Shown: one piece after another, positions 18,084 through 28,075 of the stretch
How the letters are laid out: the number at the start of each line of letters is the position of its first letter
Numbering within the stretch: the stretch's first letter is position 1
From: a virus
Length of the DNA: 64,000 nucleotides
Direction: 5' to 3' (one strand)
IMG/VR virus record: IMGVR_UViG_3300029887_000017
Made by a program: the position numbers and the translations under genes
Notes under the pieces: model-generated
Told to the model about the DNA's origin: nothing
What the model saw: the letters and a program-made list of their open reading frames with translations, nothing else
Databases searched by the model: none

Positions 18084-18917
18084 ATGAACAACGAAGAGAT
18101 AATAAAAGGATTTAAAGTGTTTAGACCTGATTGGACATGTTCACCTAACGGCAACACGAAACAGTACACTTGCCCCGGAAAATTTGAGGAAGAAGGGGAG
18201 CTTGATATTTGCAATCACGGTATGCACTTCTGTCAGACGGCTGCCGACTGTTTTAACTATTACAGTTTCAACAGTAAAAACAAGGTAGCGGAAATCATTG
18301 CCTATGGTGATGTGAGGACAGACGGATACGAGTTATGCACTAATAAGTTAGAGATCGTGCGTGAAATCCCGTGGGATGAAGTGTTGCGGATTGTCAACAT
18401 TGGAAAAAAATGTACGGGTCTCTGTAACGCCGGGGATAATAACACCGGGAACAGGAACACTGGAAACAGCAACACCGGAAACTGGAACACCGGGGACAGG
18501 AACACTGGAAACTGCAACACCGGAAACTGCAACACCGGGGACTGGAACACCGGGGACTGGAACAAATCGTCTTTTAATACTGGTTGTTTTAACACAGAAG
18601 AACAGAAGATTATACTGTTTAATAAGCCATCAAATATGACATATCGTGAATGGATGGATTCAGATGCAAAATATTTACTGAATCAGATACCAAAGAATGT
18701 TGTTGAATGGGTATCTGAAGAAGATATGACTGATGAAGAAAAAGCAGCATATCCAACCTATGAAACAACAAGCGGTTATCTCAAAGTGCTTGATGAATCT
18801 AAATGTGGTCAGTTGTGGTGGAACGGGTTATCTGATTGTGATAAACAGATAATTAAAAGTATTCCAAATTTTGATCCAGACATTTTTTATGAATGTACTG
18901 GAATTAAAGTCAATTAG
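18084..18917 (+). CDS. protein with 8 tandem NTGNx pentapeptide-like repeats (277 aa)
   Basis: NTGNRNTGNSNTGNWNTGDRNTGNCNTGNCNTGDWNTGDWN at 18421-18570. Confidence 0.6.
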   Translation: MNNEEIIKGFKVFRPDWTCSPNGNTKQYTCPGKFEEEGELDICNHGMHFCQTAADCFNYYSFNSKNKVAEIIAYGDVRTDGYELCTNKLEIVREIPWDEVLRIVNIGKKCTGLCNAGDNNTGNRNTGNSNTGNWNTGDRNTGNCNTGNCNTGDWNTGDWNKSSFNTGCFNTEEQKIILFNKPSNMTYREWMDSDAKYLLNQIPKNVVEWVSEEDMTDEEKAAYPTYETTSGYLKVLDESKCGQLWWNGLSDCDKQIIKSIPNFDPDIFYECTGIKVN

Positions 18918-18962
18918 TGTGTCACTGAGGTTATATATAAAGAAAAATGGAGGAAATAAAAT

Positions 18963-21083
18963 ATGAACAACGAAAACGTAAAAATCATGGAGAAACTTAT
19001 CAACAAGCTGAATGAGGCATCAGATGCCTACTATAATGGCAAAGACGAAATCATGTCGAATTATGAGTGGGATACAATGTTTGATGAGCTTGCACAGCTT
19101 GAGAAAGAGACAGGGATTATTCTGCCGGATTCCCCAACACAAAAAGTTGGTGCAGATGAGATTGGCGGAAATGGCCTTAAGAAAGTCAAACATGAGTTTC
19201 CGGCACTGTCGCTTGATAAGACAAAGGATATTAACGAATTTCCAGAAGTCTTTTCTGAGTCTTGGGATGGAGTCTGTAACGTCATGTGGAAACTTGACGG
19301 TAGTACTATAGTACTGGAATACAATAATGGCCGTCTGGTACAGTCTGTTACTCGCGGAAATGGTGAGGTAGGAAGTGATATAACTCATCAGGCACCATAC
19401 ATCGAAGGTATTCCAATGACCATTGGTTTTAAAGGAAAATTAGTGGTCAGAGGTGAAGCTCTCATGACTTATTCAGAATTTGAAAGAATTAATTCAAATC
19501 TGGAAGAGGATGAAGAGGAGTATTCAAATCCTCGTAATCTTGCAAATTCAACAATAACAATCAAAGAACCAGGTCTTAGAGGCAGAAAGGTTATGTTTAA
19601 AGCTTTTAAGCTTGTGCATATAGAGCCTGCTGCTGATGACAAAATTGAGGTACCTGAAACTTTCTTTGGTGCATTGACACTGCTTGAGAGACTGGGATTT
19701 GGTGTTGTTGAACATGAGCTTGCAAGAGCTTATTCAAGCAATCCAGATGTAGATTCAGATTTACCGGATCAGATTATCAATGTTATGAATAGTTTCTCTG
19801 ATAGAGTAGAGACACTGGATTATCCTGTAGACGGACTTGTTGTTGCATCGGATGATTACAAAACCGCTGATGCGCTTCCTGTCACAGGACATCATCCTAA
19901 CAGGCTCACAGGCTTTGCTTTCAAGTGGGCTGACGAGTGTGTTGAAACCACTTTGAGAGAAATTGAATGGTCTCCTAGCAGAACAGGACGTATTAATCCT
20001 GTTGCAGTCTTTGATCCGGTACAGCTTGAGGGAACTACAGTTACAAGAGCGAGCGTACATAATGTATCAATCGTTAAAAAACTGCGTCTGAGAGTTGGTG
20101 ATAAGATTTCAGTGTTCAAAAGTAATAAAATAATTCCACAGGTCGATAAAAACATGACACCGGGAGATGAGCTTACTTACGCTGAGTCTCATGCATGTAC
20201 ATGTCCGGTGTGTGGCATGGAAACATCGCCAATGATTACACATTCTGGTGACAGAGACGTTGAGGTAGAGATGTGTACAAATCCTAACTGTGCTGTAAAG
20301 CAGGTTAAGAAATTCGTACATTTCTGCGAGAGAGACTGCATGGATATTATCGGTCTGTCAGAGAAAACCCTTGAGAAATTTATTGAAAAGGGCTTCATTA
20401 AGCAGCTTGCAGATCTGTACAGACTTGATACTTTTGAGCGTGACATTGCTGCAATGGATGGTTTTGGACAGAAGTCATATGACAATATTTGGAAATCAAT
20501 TCAGAGAAGCCGTAAGACAACATTTGTACCGTTTATCCATGCGCTTGGTATTCCTATGGTAGGAAAAGGACAGGCAAAATTGTTTGACAAGGCCTACAAA
20601 GGTGATGTCAGGAAGTTTTTCAACGATGTCTATAATCGTAAATGTTTTACAGGCATAGACGGAATTGGAGAAAAGATTGAGCTCAGTCTTTGGGACTGGG
20701 GCAGCAGATATCTTGGATGGATTCCATTTGAGAAGAATTTACTGGATGAGATGTGGAGAATCTCAAACAATGCCGAAGTTTATGACTTGCTCAGATGGAT
20801 TGATGTCGAGGTTCCAGCAGAAGCAGATGTACCTGCTAGTAAAAATATTCTTTCCGGCAAGACATTTGTTATCACCGGCTCAGTTAACCATTTCAAGAAC
20901 CGTGCAGAATTGCAGACGAAAATTGAAGAACTGGGTGGCAAAGCAACCGGCTCTGTAACTAAGAAAACCAGCTATCTTATTAATAATGATGTAGAAAGTA
21001 CATCAGGAAAGAATAAGAAAGCTAAGGAACTTGGCGTGCCTATCATTTCTGAGGATGAATTCCTTGAGATGATAGGAGAATAA
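18963..21083 (+). CDS. ligA: NAD-dependent DNA ligase LigA (706 aa)
   Basis: KLDG adenylation motif, OB fold, Cys4 zinc finger (CTCPVCG..CTNPNC), HhH region and C-terminal BRCT. Confidence 0.9.
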   Translation: MNNENVKIMEKLINKLNEASDAYYNGKDEIMSNYEWDTMFDELAQLEKETGIILPDSPTQKVGADEIGGNGLKKVKHEFPALSLDKTKDINEFPEVFSESWDGVCNVMWKLDGSTIVLEYNNGRLVQSVTRGNGEVGSDITHQAPYIEGIPMTIGFKGKLVVRGEALMTYSEFERINSNLEEDEEEYSNPRNLANSTITIKEPGLRGRKVMFKAFKLVHIEPAADDKIEVPETFFGALTLLERLGFGVVEHELARAYSSNPDVDSDLPDQIINVMNSFSDRVETLDYPVDGLVVASDDYKTADALPVTGHHPNRLTGFAFKWADECVETTLREIEWSPSRTGRINPVAVFDPVQLEGTTVTRASVHNVSIVKKLRLRVGDKISVFKSNKIIPQVDKNMTPGDELTYAESHACTCPVCGMETSPMITHSGDRDVEVEMCTNPNCAVKQVKKFVHFCERDCMDIIGLSEKTLEKFIEKGFIKQLADLYRLDTFERDIAAMDGFGQKSYDNIWKSIQRSRKTTFVPFIHALGIPMVGKGQAKLFDKAYKGDVRKFFNDVYNRKCFTGIDGIGEKIELSLWDWGSRYLGWIPFEKNLLDEMWRISNNAEVYDLLRWIDVEVPAEADVPASKNILSGKTFVITGSVNHFKNRAELQTKIEELGGKATGSVTKKTSYLINNDVESTSGKNKKAKELGVPIISEDEFLEMIGE

Positions 21084-21156
21084 CATGTAAACATGACCAA
21101 TAAGGGCATGGATTTTTAAAATCCTGCCCTTTATAGGCAGGTAGAATGGAGAAAAT

Positions 21157-21582
21157 ATGGAATCGATAAAAACTTCACAAGAATTGTACGAGCATGTAAT
21201 GTCAGAGTATAAGAAATATGATACAGAATTAAATTCTTTATTCTTTGACTTTCCAGTGCATATGTCCAAATCAGATATACTTGTTACATATGAACATCTT
21301 CAGCATGATATAAACGGTGACTGTATAATAAAGCTTAAAAATCCAAAACAAGAAACTCTTGATAATGAAGATGTTATTATATATGGTGACAGTGAAGAGC
21401 CATTAACTGATGAATACGACGAGGTGTATGATGGCAACTGTAAAGATTTTTTAGAGTCATTCAATGACAAGGAACTTGAAACAGGATTATGCCGTATAGA
21501 TGAATTTCTGGTAATTGAAAATTTTAATCCAGAAGTTCAGAAATGCAAAGTCGGCGGTGTAAAGTTTGACTTTATTGCATAG
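21157..21582 (+). CDS. hypothetical protein (141 aa)
   Basis: ORF behind tggagaaaatATG. Confidence 0.55.
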   Translation: MESIKTSQELYEHVMSEYKKYDTELNSLFFDFPVHMSKSDILVTYEHLQHDINGDCIIKLKNPKQETLDNEDVIIYGDSEEPLTDEYDEVYDGNCKDFLESFNDKELETGLCRIDEFLVIENFNPEVQKCKVGGVKFDFIA

Positions 21583-21790
21583 GAAACTGCCATGAAAAAA
21601 GTAACGTTAGTTCCTGACATATACAGTCAACGGGAAAATCCCGGTATGTACTGCAATTATGCCAGAATGAAGCCGTATGAATTTACAAAGAAATAAACAA
21701 AAAAGAGTATCCGTTACGGGTACTCTTTTTGTTTATCTGCCCAATTTGGGTACATTTTTATGCAGATACTGTACGTGCCAAGAAATGCAG

Positions 21791-21823
21791 AAAAACCGCC
21801 AGGATAATCCAGCGGTTTTTTGT
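21791..21823. terminator. bidirectional terminator between convergent genes
   Basis: AAAACCGCCAGGATAATCCAGCGGTTTTTT. Confidence 0.55.
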
Positions 21824-22297
21824 TTAGAAGCAAATATCGGAATCTCTGCAGCTTTTCAGGTATTCGATGTCATCCAGTCTGGATGTGTCGAGTGCCTTAT
21901 AATAATCAGAATTTACAAGTCTTTTTTTGTGCCTGTAAAACGTGGCAATCGGCATGTCTATTTTAGAGGCAACCTCATCGTTAGACATGCTGTTAAGCAT
22001 ATATACAATGTCAGAATATGTATATGCCTTATATTCATTTTTGGGATACGCAAACCGGCGGCCGCGCCCGGCGTAGGTTCTTGCTGCGGCAGCGTATTTT
22101 TGCGAATTAATTGAAATAGAAAGACAGTCATCGTCTTTTTCGAGATTAACACCAACGCGCTCCAACATTTCCCGAATTGTATCAAATGATTTTTCATTAT
22201 GATTTTTATAATAAGGGGCGTCTTCAATCTTGTAACGTAAAGACCTGCCATCTAATTTTTTATCCAGCTCCCATGCTGCAATTTCTGCATTTGACAT
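21824..22297 (-). CDS. HTH DNA-binding protein, sigma region-4-like C-terminus (157 aa)
   Basis: start set to ATG 22295-22297 behind AAAGGAG; ..SDIVYMLNSMSNDEVASKIDMPIATFYRHKKRL.. helix-turn-helix-like; one of few minus-strand genes. Confidence 0.55.
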   Translation of the reverse strand: MSNAEIAAWELDKKLDGRSLRYKIEDAPYYKNHNEKSFDTIREMLERVGVNLEKDDDCLSISINSQKYAAAARTYAGRGRRFAYPKNEYKAYTYSDIVYMLNSMSNDEVASKIDMPIATFYRHKKRLVNSDYYKALDTSRLDDIEYLKSCRDSDICF

Positions 22298-22447
22298 TGT
22301 TTCTCCTTTTCTCTCAATGTTTCCATCTGCATTCATTATATCACAAAAAATTATAACTATCAATTTATAAAATGATAGTTTTTCGAATATTAATAAATCG
22401 AACATACTCTTTGTATAGAAAAAAGAAAAATGGAGGAAATATAAATT

Positions 22448-23257
22448 ATGGCAAACAATGAAATCGAGGCCTTTTTTAAGGCCTACAATTACCTGTACCC
22501 AGGAAACCGCATCTTTTACAAGACACAGACAGGAAAAATCAGGGAGGCACTGGTCTTTAACAGAACATCGTCAGAGACACTTGTGAACGAGGACAGCAAT
22601 CCCAAAGGACTCGTCTACGATGCCCTTGACGTAACAGGCTGCGGAGAGACTGTCGTTGTGGATACAGTTAATTTTGTCAAGGAAGACAAGTGTCCGAAGG
22701 ACGAATTGTTTTTCTTCACTTTTGGAAGTGATAAAAAATTTCCATATCAGGGAGGATACCTGATTGTGAGGGCAAAAGACCGTAAGGAAGCTTTTGATCT
22801 GTTCAGGGAAAAATATCCGGACAGAAGTGCAAATTGTCTTAACTGTGCATTTTGTTATACAGCTTATGACTGGGCGAAACTGCTTCAGGGCGGCATGCGC
22901 ATGGGGCAATGCCACGAAGTAATTGAGAAGACTGAGTGCTGCAAGGACGGAGATTACAGTCCGATTATAATCTTCGTTCCGGCCAAGAATGAGCTTTTGT
23001 GCATAAGCGAAGGTACGGGAGATAACCTGCTGCCTGAAGACGAGGAAGATGGTATCGTCGATTATGTTTACTATGAGACATACGACCTTGACTATGGAAC
23101 TGTCGAAGAAGGCGACGGCGGACAGATGGATATGAAGGAATATGTAAGAAATAAATATCCAAGTCTTGAGGCCTGCATTCCGGATCTTTTGGACTTTGTC
23201 TATAATGACAGAAACTTAAGCTATATAATGCTCGAGTCAGAAAAGGAGGAACAGTAA
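22448..23257 (+). CDS. hypothetical protein (269 aa)
   Basis: ORF behind promoter cassette. Confidence 0.6.
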   Translation: MANNEIEAFFKAYNYLYPGNRIFYKTQTGKIREALVFNRTSSETLVNEDSNPKGLVYDALDVTGCGETVVVDTVNFVKEDKCPKDELFFFTFGSDKKFPYQGGYLIVRAKDRKEAFDLFREKYPDRSANCLNCAFCYTAYDWAKLLQGGMRMGQCHEVIEKTECCKDGDYSPIIIFVPAKNELLCISEGTGDNLLPEDEEDGIVDYVYYETYDLDYGTVEEGDGGQMDMKEYVRNKYPSLEACIPDLLDFVYNDRNLSYIMLESEKEEQ

Positions 23258-23478
23258 TGCGTATATCAGATACTATGCTGCAGAAACTGAAGCATGATTA
23301 TCCGGAAGGAACACGAGTAAGACTCATACGCATGGATGATCCTTATTCAAGGCTTGAGCCCGGCGAAGAGGGAAATGTCATTGGTGTTGATGACATCGGA
23401 ACAATCCATGTCAAATGGGATAATGGTAGTACGCTTGGCGTCGTTTTCGGCGAGGACAGGTGTGAAAAAATTGAATGA
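23257..23478 (+). CDS. hypothetical protein (73 aa)
   Basis: ATG overlaps upstream stop (TAATG); GGAGGA RBS. Confidence 0.55.
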   Translation: MRISDTMLQKLKHDYPEGTRVRLIRMDDPYSRLEPGEEGNVIGVDDIGTIHVKWDNGSTLGVVFGEDRCEKIE

Positions 23479-23493
23479 AAAATAGGAGGAAAC

Positions 23494-23844
23494 ATGGAGA
23501 AGAAAGAAAAAACGGCACGCGTAAAGCTCAAATACTACAAAGGTGATGAGTTTGTGCCTTCAAAGGAAATGCTCTGCGAAATAAAAATGGATGTTGTCAA
23601 AGCGTTTATACTTCAGACTGATGAGGTAAGAAGCGTTGGTACATTCCTGCGCACGATAGACGGCGAGGATGCAGAAGCACTTTTAGACTACGCAAAAAAG
23701 AACAACGGCGTGGTAAAAATAGGCGTTAAGTACTGCGCTGCCTGTCAGAATGAATATGACAGGTATGTAAAGAACCATCCGGGAGACGGGGCCTTTACAA
23801 AAGCGGAGTTCTACCGCATGGTGTACTGCGCAGGTGTTGCCTAA
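23494..23844 (+). CDS. hypothetical protein (116 aa)
   Basis: ORF behind aaaataggaggaaacATG. Confidence 0.55.
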   Translation: MEKKEKTARVKLKYYKGDEFVPSKEMLCEIKMDVVKAFILQTDEVRSVGTFLRTIDGEDAEALLDYAKKNNGVVKIGVKYCAACQNEYDRYVKNHPGDGAFTKAEFYRMVYCAGVA

Positions 23845-23875
23845 AAAAAGAGAGAGGGAAACCTCTCTTTTTTCT
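23844..23875 (+). terminator. intrinsic terminator
   Basis: GAGAGAGGG..CCTCTCTC hairpin + T6. Confidence 0.6.
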
Positions 23876-24143
23876 TTGTGCTTATATTGACTGTATGAAC
23901 GAATTATGTTAATATAATTTCACGATTAAAAATTCGAATTTTTGTAGGGAATGGGTGAATACTCGTTCCCGATTTTTTATGCACTGGCCGGGTACGGAGT
24001 AAAGCAGATGACAGCTTATTCTCAAAACATTGCGAAAAAAATACGTTTAAAAAGAGTTCTGGAATTCCGGAACTCTTTTTTTTGAACTTTTTTCAGAGAA
24101 ATAAAAAACATACTCTGCATATGAACGTAGGAGGAATGTAATT

Positions 24144-24944
24144 TTGAAATGCTGCATCTGTGGTCAGGAGACCGGAAAACTGTTTAGCAGAAGCATTAAA
24201 GGAAATGAAAGAATCTGCAAGAACTGCTGTAAAAAACTGCCATCAGAAATGAAAAAGAAAATTTCTGAATTCGATATGGAAGACATAAAGTTTTATATAG
24301 AAAAAGACGTCAGGCGGCATCCGTATATCATAAAGTCATTTAAAAGGACTGCGCGTTATGGTGAGCTTGTCCTTGATGAGCATATGGGGTATATTGCCTT
24401 TGCAAAGAAACTGACTGATGGCGGCATGCTGCCAGATAGCTGCTATGATGTATTTAATCTTGCGGATGTCAGGGATATGAGCTTTGCAGTATTAAATCCC
24501 ACGTGGGCAAAGGGTGGAATACATGCGGATGTTGAAATATACATGAGCCTGCACAGCCCGCGGCTTGAATTCAGGCGGATCATAAAAAGCGATGATGTAT
24601 GCAGAATTACGCAGATGAATAACGATGGAAGCTGCACATACGAGGCACCTGAAGTGTTATGCATGTTTGAGACACTTATAAACCGTGCATGGGAGAGGGC
24701 GCTCAACAGCAGAAACCTTGATGACTTTTTTGGGGCTGTAGATGAGCGTGAATATACTCTTGCAAAAGCAACCCTGCTTGTTGATGATACATATGACATG
24801 GAGGAAATCAGGAAACAGAGGAATAAGCTTATGAAGACTTTTCATCCGGACACAATGGACGATGATGAAGATGCGGCGTATTATGTGCAGAAGATAAATG
24901 ATGCATATGGAATATTAAAGGAAAGACTCAGAAAGGAGAATTGA
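24144..24944 (+). CDS. zinc-ribbon / C-terminal J-domain protein (266 aa, TTG start)
   Basis: N-terminal CICG..CKNCC; C-terminal ..KLMKTFHPDTMDD..YVQKINDAYGIL.. (HPD motif). Confidence 0.7.
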   Translation: MKCCICGQETGKLFSRSIKGNERICKNCCKKLPSEMKKKISEFDMEDIKFYIEKDVRRHPYIIKSFKRTARYGELVLDEHMGYIAFAKKLTDGGMLPDSCYDVFNLADVRDMSFAVLNPTWAKGGIHADVEIYMSLHSPRLEFRRIIKSDDVCRITQMNNDGSCTYEAPEVLCMFETLINRAWERALNSRNLDDFFGAVDEREYTLAKATLLVDDTYDMEEIRKQRNKLMKTFHPDTMDDDEDAAYYVQKINDAYGILKERLRKEN

Positions 24945-26107
24945 TGAGTTCAAAATTGAAATACAGGCTTATGTTTTTAGTCAATATGTTTTGCATAATG
25001 ACTTTTCCAGTATGTCTGATAGTAGTATTTGTAATGGGATATTTTGCTAAGATGAATACAGTGCTGACAGCAGCTGCTGTAATAATCAGTGCAATTCCAC
25101 TGTTTTTTGTTAAAAAGACAGGGAAAATAATGAATGTGTACAAGGCGGACTGTGAGTATGATGAGTTCGGACAGCGTGTCGGGAAGGGCCGGTACGACTA
25201 CTCAAAGGAGGAGCGCAGGCAGCTTGATATGCAGCAGACAGCTAATATCGAAGGAATTATCGGAAATACAGCTTTAAAAGAAATAAAGAAAAAAGGCTCA
25301 AAGAATCCGGAAGACGACCTGAAAAAGCTGACAGGCCTCGTTCCTGTCAAGGAAAAGGTTGAGGAAATGGAAGCGAGGATGCGATTTGACCGAAGTGGCA
25401 GAAAAGATACAAACGACAAAACCGGGAATTCGATGAGCGGCAGGCACATGGTATTTTACGGAAGTCCCGGTACAGGCAAGACAACCGTGGCAAGAATAAT
25501 CACCGGTCTTCTATATAAGTACAAATATATTTCAGAGAACAAAATCATTGAGATAGATGGCAACTTTTTGAAAGCCGGAACAACAGGAAATACGGCGATT
25601 AAGGTAAGATATATAGTAAGACAGGCTTATGGCGGAGTGCTGTTCATAGATGAGGCGTATGCCCTTGCAGAGGATGAGCTTGGCGCACAGGCCATCGCAA
25701 CCCTTATCAAGGAGATGGAGGATAACCGGGATAAGTTTATCCTTATTCTTGCCGGATATACGGATGAAATGAAAGACCTTATCAGGTCAAACACGGGCTT
25801 TGCTTCCCGTGTCAAGGAATATCTGGACTTCCCAGATTACAACGAGCAGGAGATGAGGGAGATTTTTATGGGAATGGCCGGAGAGAGAGGATATGCTGTC
25901 GCTGACAATGCCTATGCCGCATTTGACACCAGAATGGCAAAAGAGAGAAAACTGATGACATTTGGCAATGCCAGAACAGTCAGAAGCGTGCTTGAGGAGA
26001 CAATAGATTCGCATGCACTTAACTTCGTTAGGGGAAAGATAGACGCAGGTGACAAGTATAAAATCCTTGCCATGGACATAAAAACAAGGCCAAAAGAGAT
26101 GTTTTAG
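24941..26107 (+). CDS. membrane-anchored AAA+ ATPase, SpoVK/CbbX family (388 aa)
   Basis: 2 N-terminal TM helices; GSPGTGKTTVARII Walker A, VLFIDEAYAL Walker B, ILAGY sensor; 4-nt overlap (ATGA) with upstream gene. Confidence 0.85.
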   Translation: MMSSKLKYRLMFLVNMFCIMTFPVCLIVVFVMGYFAKMNTVLTAAAVIISAIPLFFVKKTGKIMNVYKADCEYDEFGQRVGKGRYDYSKEERRQLDMQQTANIEGIIGNTALKEIKKKGSKNPEDDLKKLTGLVPVKEKVEEMEARMRFDRSGRKDTNDKTGNSMSGRHMVFYGSPGTGKTTVARIITGLLYKYKYISENKIIEIDGNFLKAGTTGNTAIKVRYIVRQAYGGVLFIDEAYALAEDELGAQAIATLIKEMEDNRDKFILILAGYTDEMKDLIRSNTGFASRVKEYLDFPDYNEQEMREIFMGMAGERGYAVADNAYAAFDTRMAKERKLMTFGNARTVRSVLEETIDSHALNFVRGKIDAGDKYKILAMDIKTRPKEMF

Positions 26108-26202
26108 AAGATGCAGTCTGCAGAAATGTGTGCAAATGAATGCGGTTCGGACAAAATCTAACATACTCCTTATATAAAAAAGAAAAAAGGAGAGATGCAA
26201 AA

Positions 26203-26775
26203 ATGTATTTATCAGAACTTTTATTTCAGTTTGAGCAGATTGAGGATGCAGGAAATGGAGGAATCGTGCTGCCAAAGCAGTTTGGCAGCCTTGCCATGCA
26301 TGACCGTTCGCTGGCTGAAATTGAAGTAGACCTCTTTGAAAGAGAGTCAGTGGAACTGTGCAAAGGAGATGAACATCTGACGGTGTCTGATTTCATCGAA
26401 AAAATCCATGGATTTGTAGATGAATTTCCGGATGCGGAAGATAAAGTACTTACAATTAAGGACCGAAGCATAATACACCTGACTCAGACATCATGGGGCA
26501 TTTCACCCGTCATCCTGCGTGATGCAGATTCTGATGCTTTCATCAGGAAGCAGATCGACAACGGACAAAACTGGCTGAAAATATTTTTCGATGCACAGAT
26601 TTCTGTCAACGACATCCCGTATACGGAACGAAACTATAGAAGGGATTATATCCGTTACATCTGTATGCGGGATGAACTGACACCTCATGCCAAGATGCTT
26701 GCAGAGGATAAAGACAGACAGCAGGTATTCCTAAATGCCGTAAAGAGCTACGCGGATGAAATGCTTGAAAAATAA
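26203..26775 (+). CDS. hypothetical protein (190 aa)
   Basis: start set to ATG 26203 behind aaaggagagatgcaaaaATG. Confidence 0.55.
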   Translation: MYLSELLFQFEQIEDAGNGGIVLPKQFGSLAMHDRSLAEIEVDLFERESVELCKGDEHLTVSDFIEKIHGFVDEFPDAEDKVLTIKDRSIIHLTQTSWGISPVILRDADSDAFIRKQIDNGQNWLKIFFDAQISVNDIPYTERNYRRDYIRYICMRDELTPHAKMLAEDKDRQQVFLNAVKSYADEMLEK

Positions 26776-26897
26776 ACAGCATCTGCAAAAAAAAGAGAGT
26801 CTCATATAAGGCTCTTTTTCATATGGAAAACAAATTCCAAAAATAAAAAATAACATACTTCCTGTAGAAAAATTAATTTATCAGGGAGGATTATATT

Positions 26898-27986
26898 TTG
26901 AATACTATTAACACGGAAACAAGCTATGAGGCATACGTGCCAGCAGATGAATGGACAGAACGCAGGAAATTCACGAAAGAAGAAAAAGAGCAGATACTGA
27001 AAAGCACAAAGGGTGTATGCGCCTGCTGTGGCAAAAAGCTTACGCTTAAGACAATGACGGTAGAACATATTATTCCAATTTACAGGCATGGAACAAACGA
27101 CATGAAAAACCTCACGGCCTTGTGCGAACAGTGCAATAAGGATAAGAGCAACCTGCTCTATCTGCCGAGAAGCTTTTACATGGCTATGAAGGATACACAG
27201 AAAATAAATGAAATGGATGAGATGGTAAGAGAGTGGATAAAGAACCACAGGGAAGCCATGGACATAGAGAGATTCCCGCTTATTGCACCAAAACACAACT
27301 TTTTTATCAATCCAACAGGCAGAAGGGGCGTTAATCCGTTAGTGTATAACAGACAGCTTGTGTATACATGGACACTCGTCGGTGGCGAGGATTTTGAAGA
27401 GGTTGAGGCTGTTACAGGAGTAAACCTTAAGGTAACAAGGGATTTTCTTAAGCGTCCCCGCCAGGGCATGGCGGACAGTGACATTCTTACGCATCCGTCA
27501 TATGAAGTGTATAAGCCAGTTACATTTTATACGCTCAGGAAGTTAAGCAGCCAGAAGATACTTGCCGTTGCAGGAGTGAGGTATGACAAGGATAAGGGAG
27601 ACCTTGCCATAAGCATTCCGTGGATGGATGTGACAAAAAGAGCTGTTCCTGTTATCGTGGCAAATCTCCTGGATATTTCAAGGGATGTAATCAAAAATCT
27701 CTGCGGTGAAGCCTTAAATTCAACTATTGTTTTTTCAAAGTCGGCAGAAATGTTTAAGACACTTGTTTATCTGAGAAAATTTATCCCGTGGGGAAACAGA
27801 TTCAGCTATGTGGACAGCTTGTTTTACGAAGACACAACAAATGGCAGTACTATTTACGGAGCTATTTTCAGGGAGCAGGACATGAAGATGATAGCCGAGG
27901 ATTTCATCGAAGTGCCGAGATGGCTTAAGCCGATTAAAGACCCGGATTCAAAGAACAGTTACATATTTTCAAGTGTATGCAGTTAA
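26898..27986 (+). CDS. HNH endonuclease with long C-terminal extension (362 aa, TTG start)
   Basis: CACCGKKL..EHIIP..NLTALCEQCNKDK HNH motif. Confidence 0.7.
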   Translation: MNTINTETSYEAYVPADEWTERRKFTKEEKEQILKSTKGVCACCGKKLTLKTMTVEHIIPIYRHGTNDMKNLTALCEQCNKDKSNLLYLPRSFYMAMKDTQKINEMDEMVREWIKNHREAMDIERFPLIAPKHNFFINPTGRRGVNPLVYNRQLVYTWTLVGGEDFEEVEAVTGVNLKVTRDFLKRPRQGMADSDILTHPSYEVYKPVTFYTLRKLSSQKILAVAGVRYDKDKGDLAISIPWMDVTKRAVPVIVANLLDISRDVIKNLCGEALNSTIVFSKSAEMFKTLVYLRKFIPWGNRFSYVDSLFYEDTTNGSTIYGAIFREQDMKMIAEDFIEVPRWLKPIKDPDSKNSYIFSSVCS

Positions 27987-28014
27987 TAAAACCCGCCTTT
28001 TAGGCGGGGTTTTT
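27987..28014 (+). terminator. intrinsic terminator
   Basis: CCCGCC..GGCGGGG hairpin + T5. Confidence 0.6.
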
Positions 28015-28075
28015 GATGCAATTTTCTACTTTCTAACATACTTTCCATATAAAAAGAAAAAAGGAGGAACTAAAT

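Noticed and set aside
18302-18639. ORFs 18302-18595 (-) and 18361-18639 (+) with PVLQ/TGTP repeats
   Set aside because: Alternative-frame readings of the 15-nt DNA repeats encoding the NTGNx repeats.
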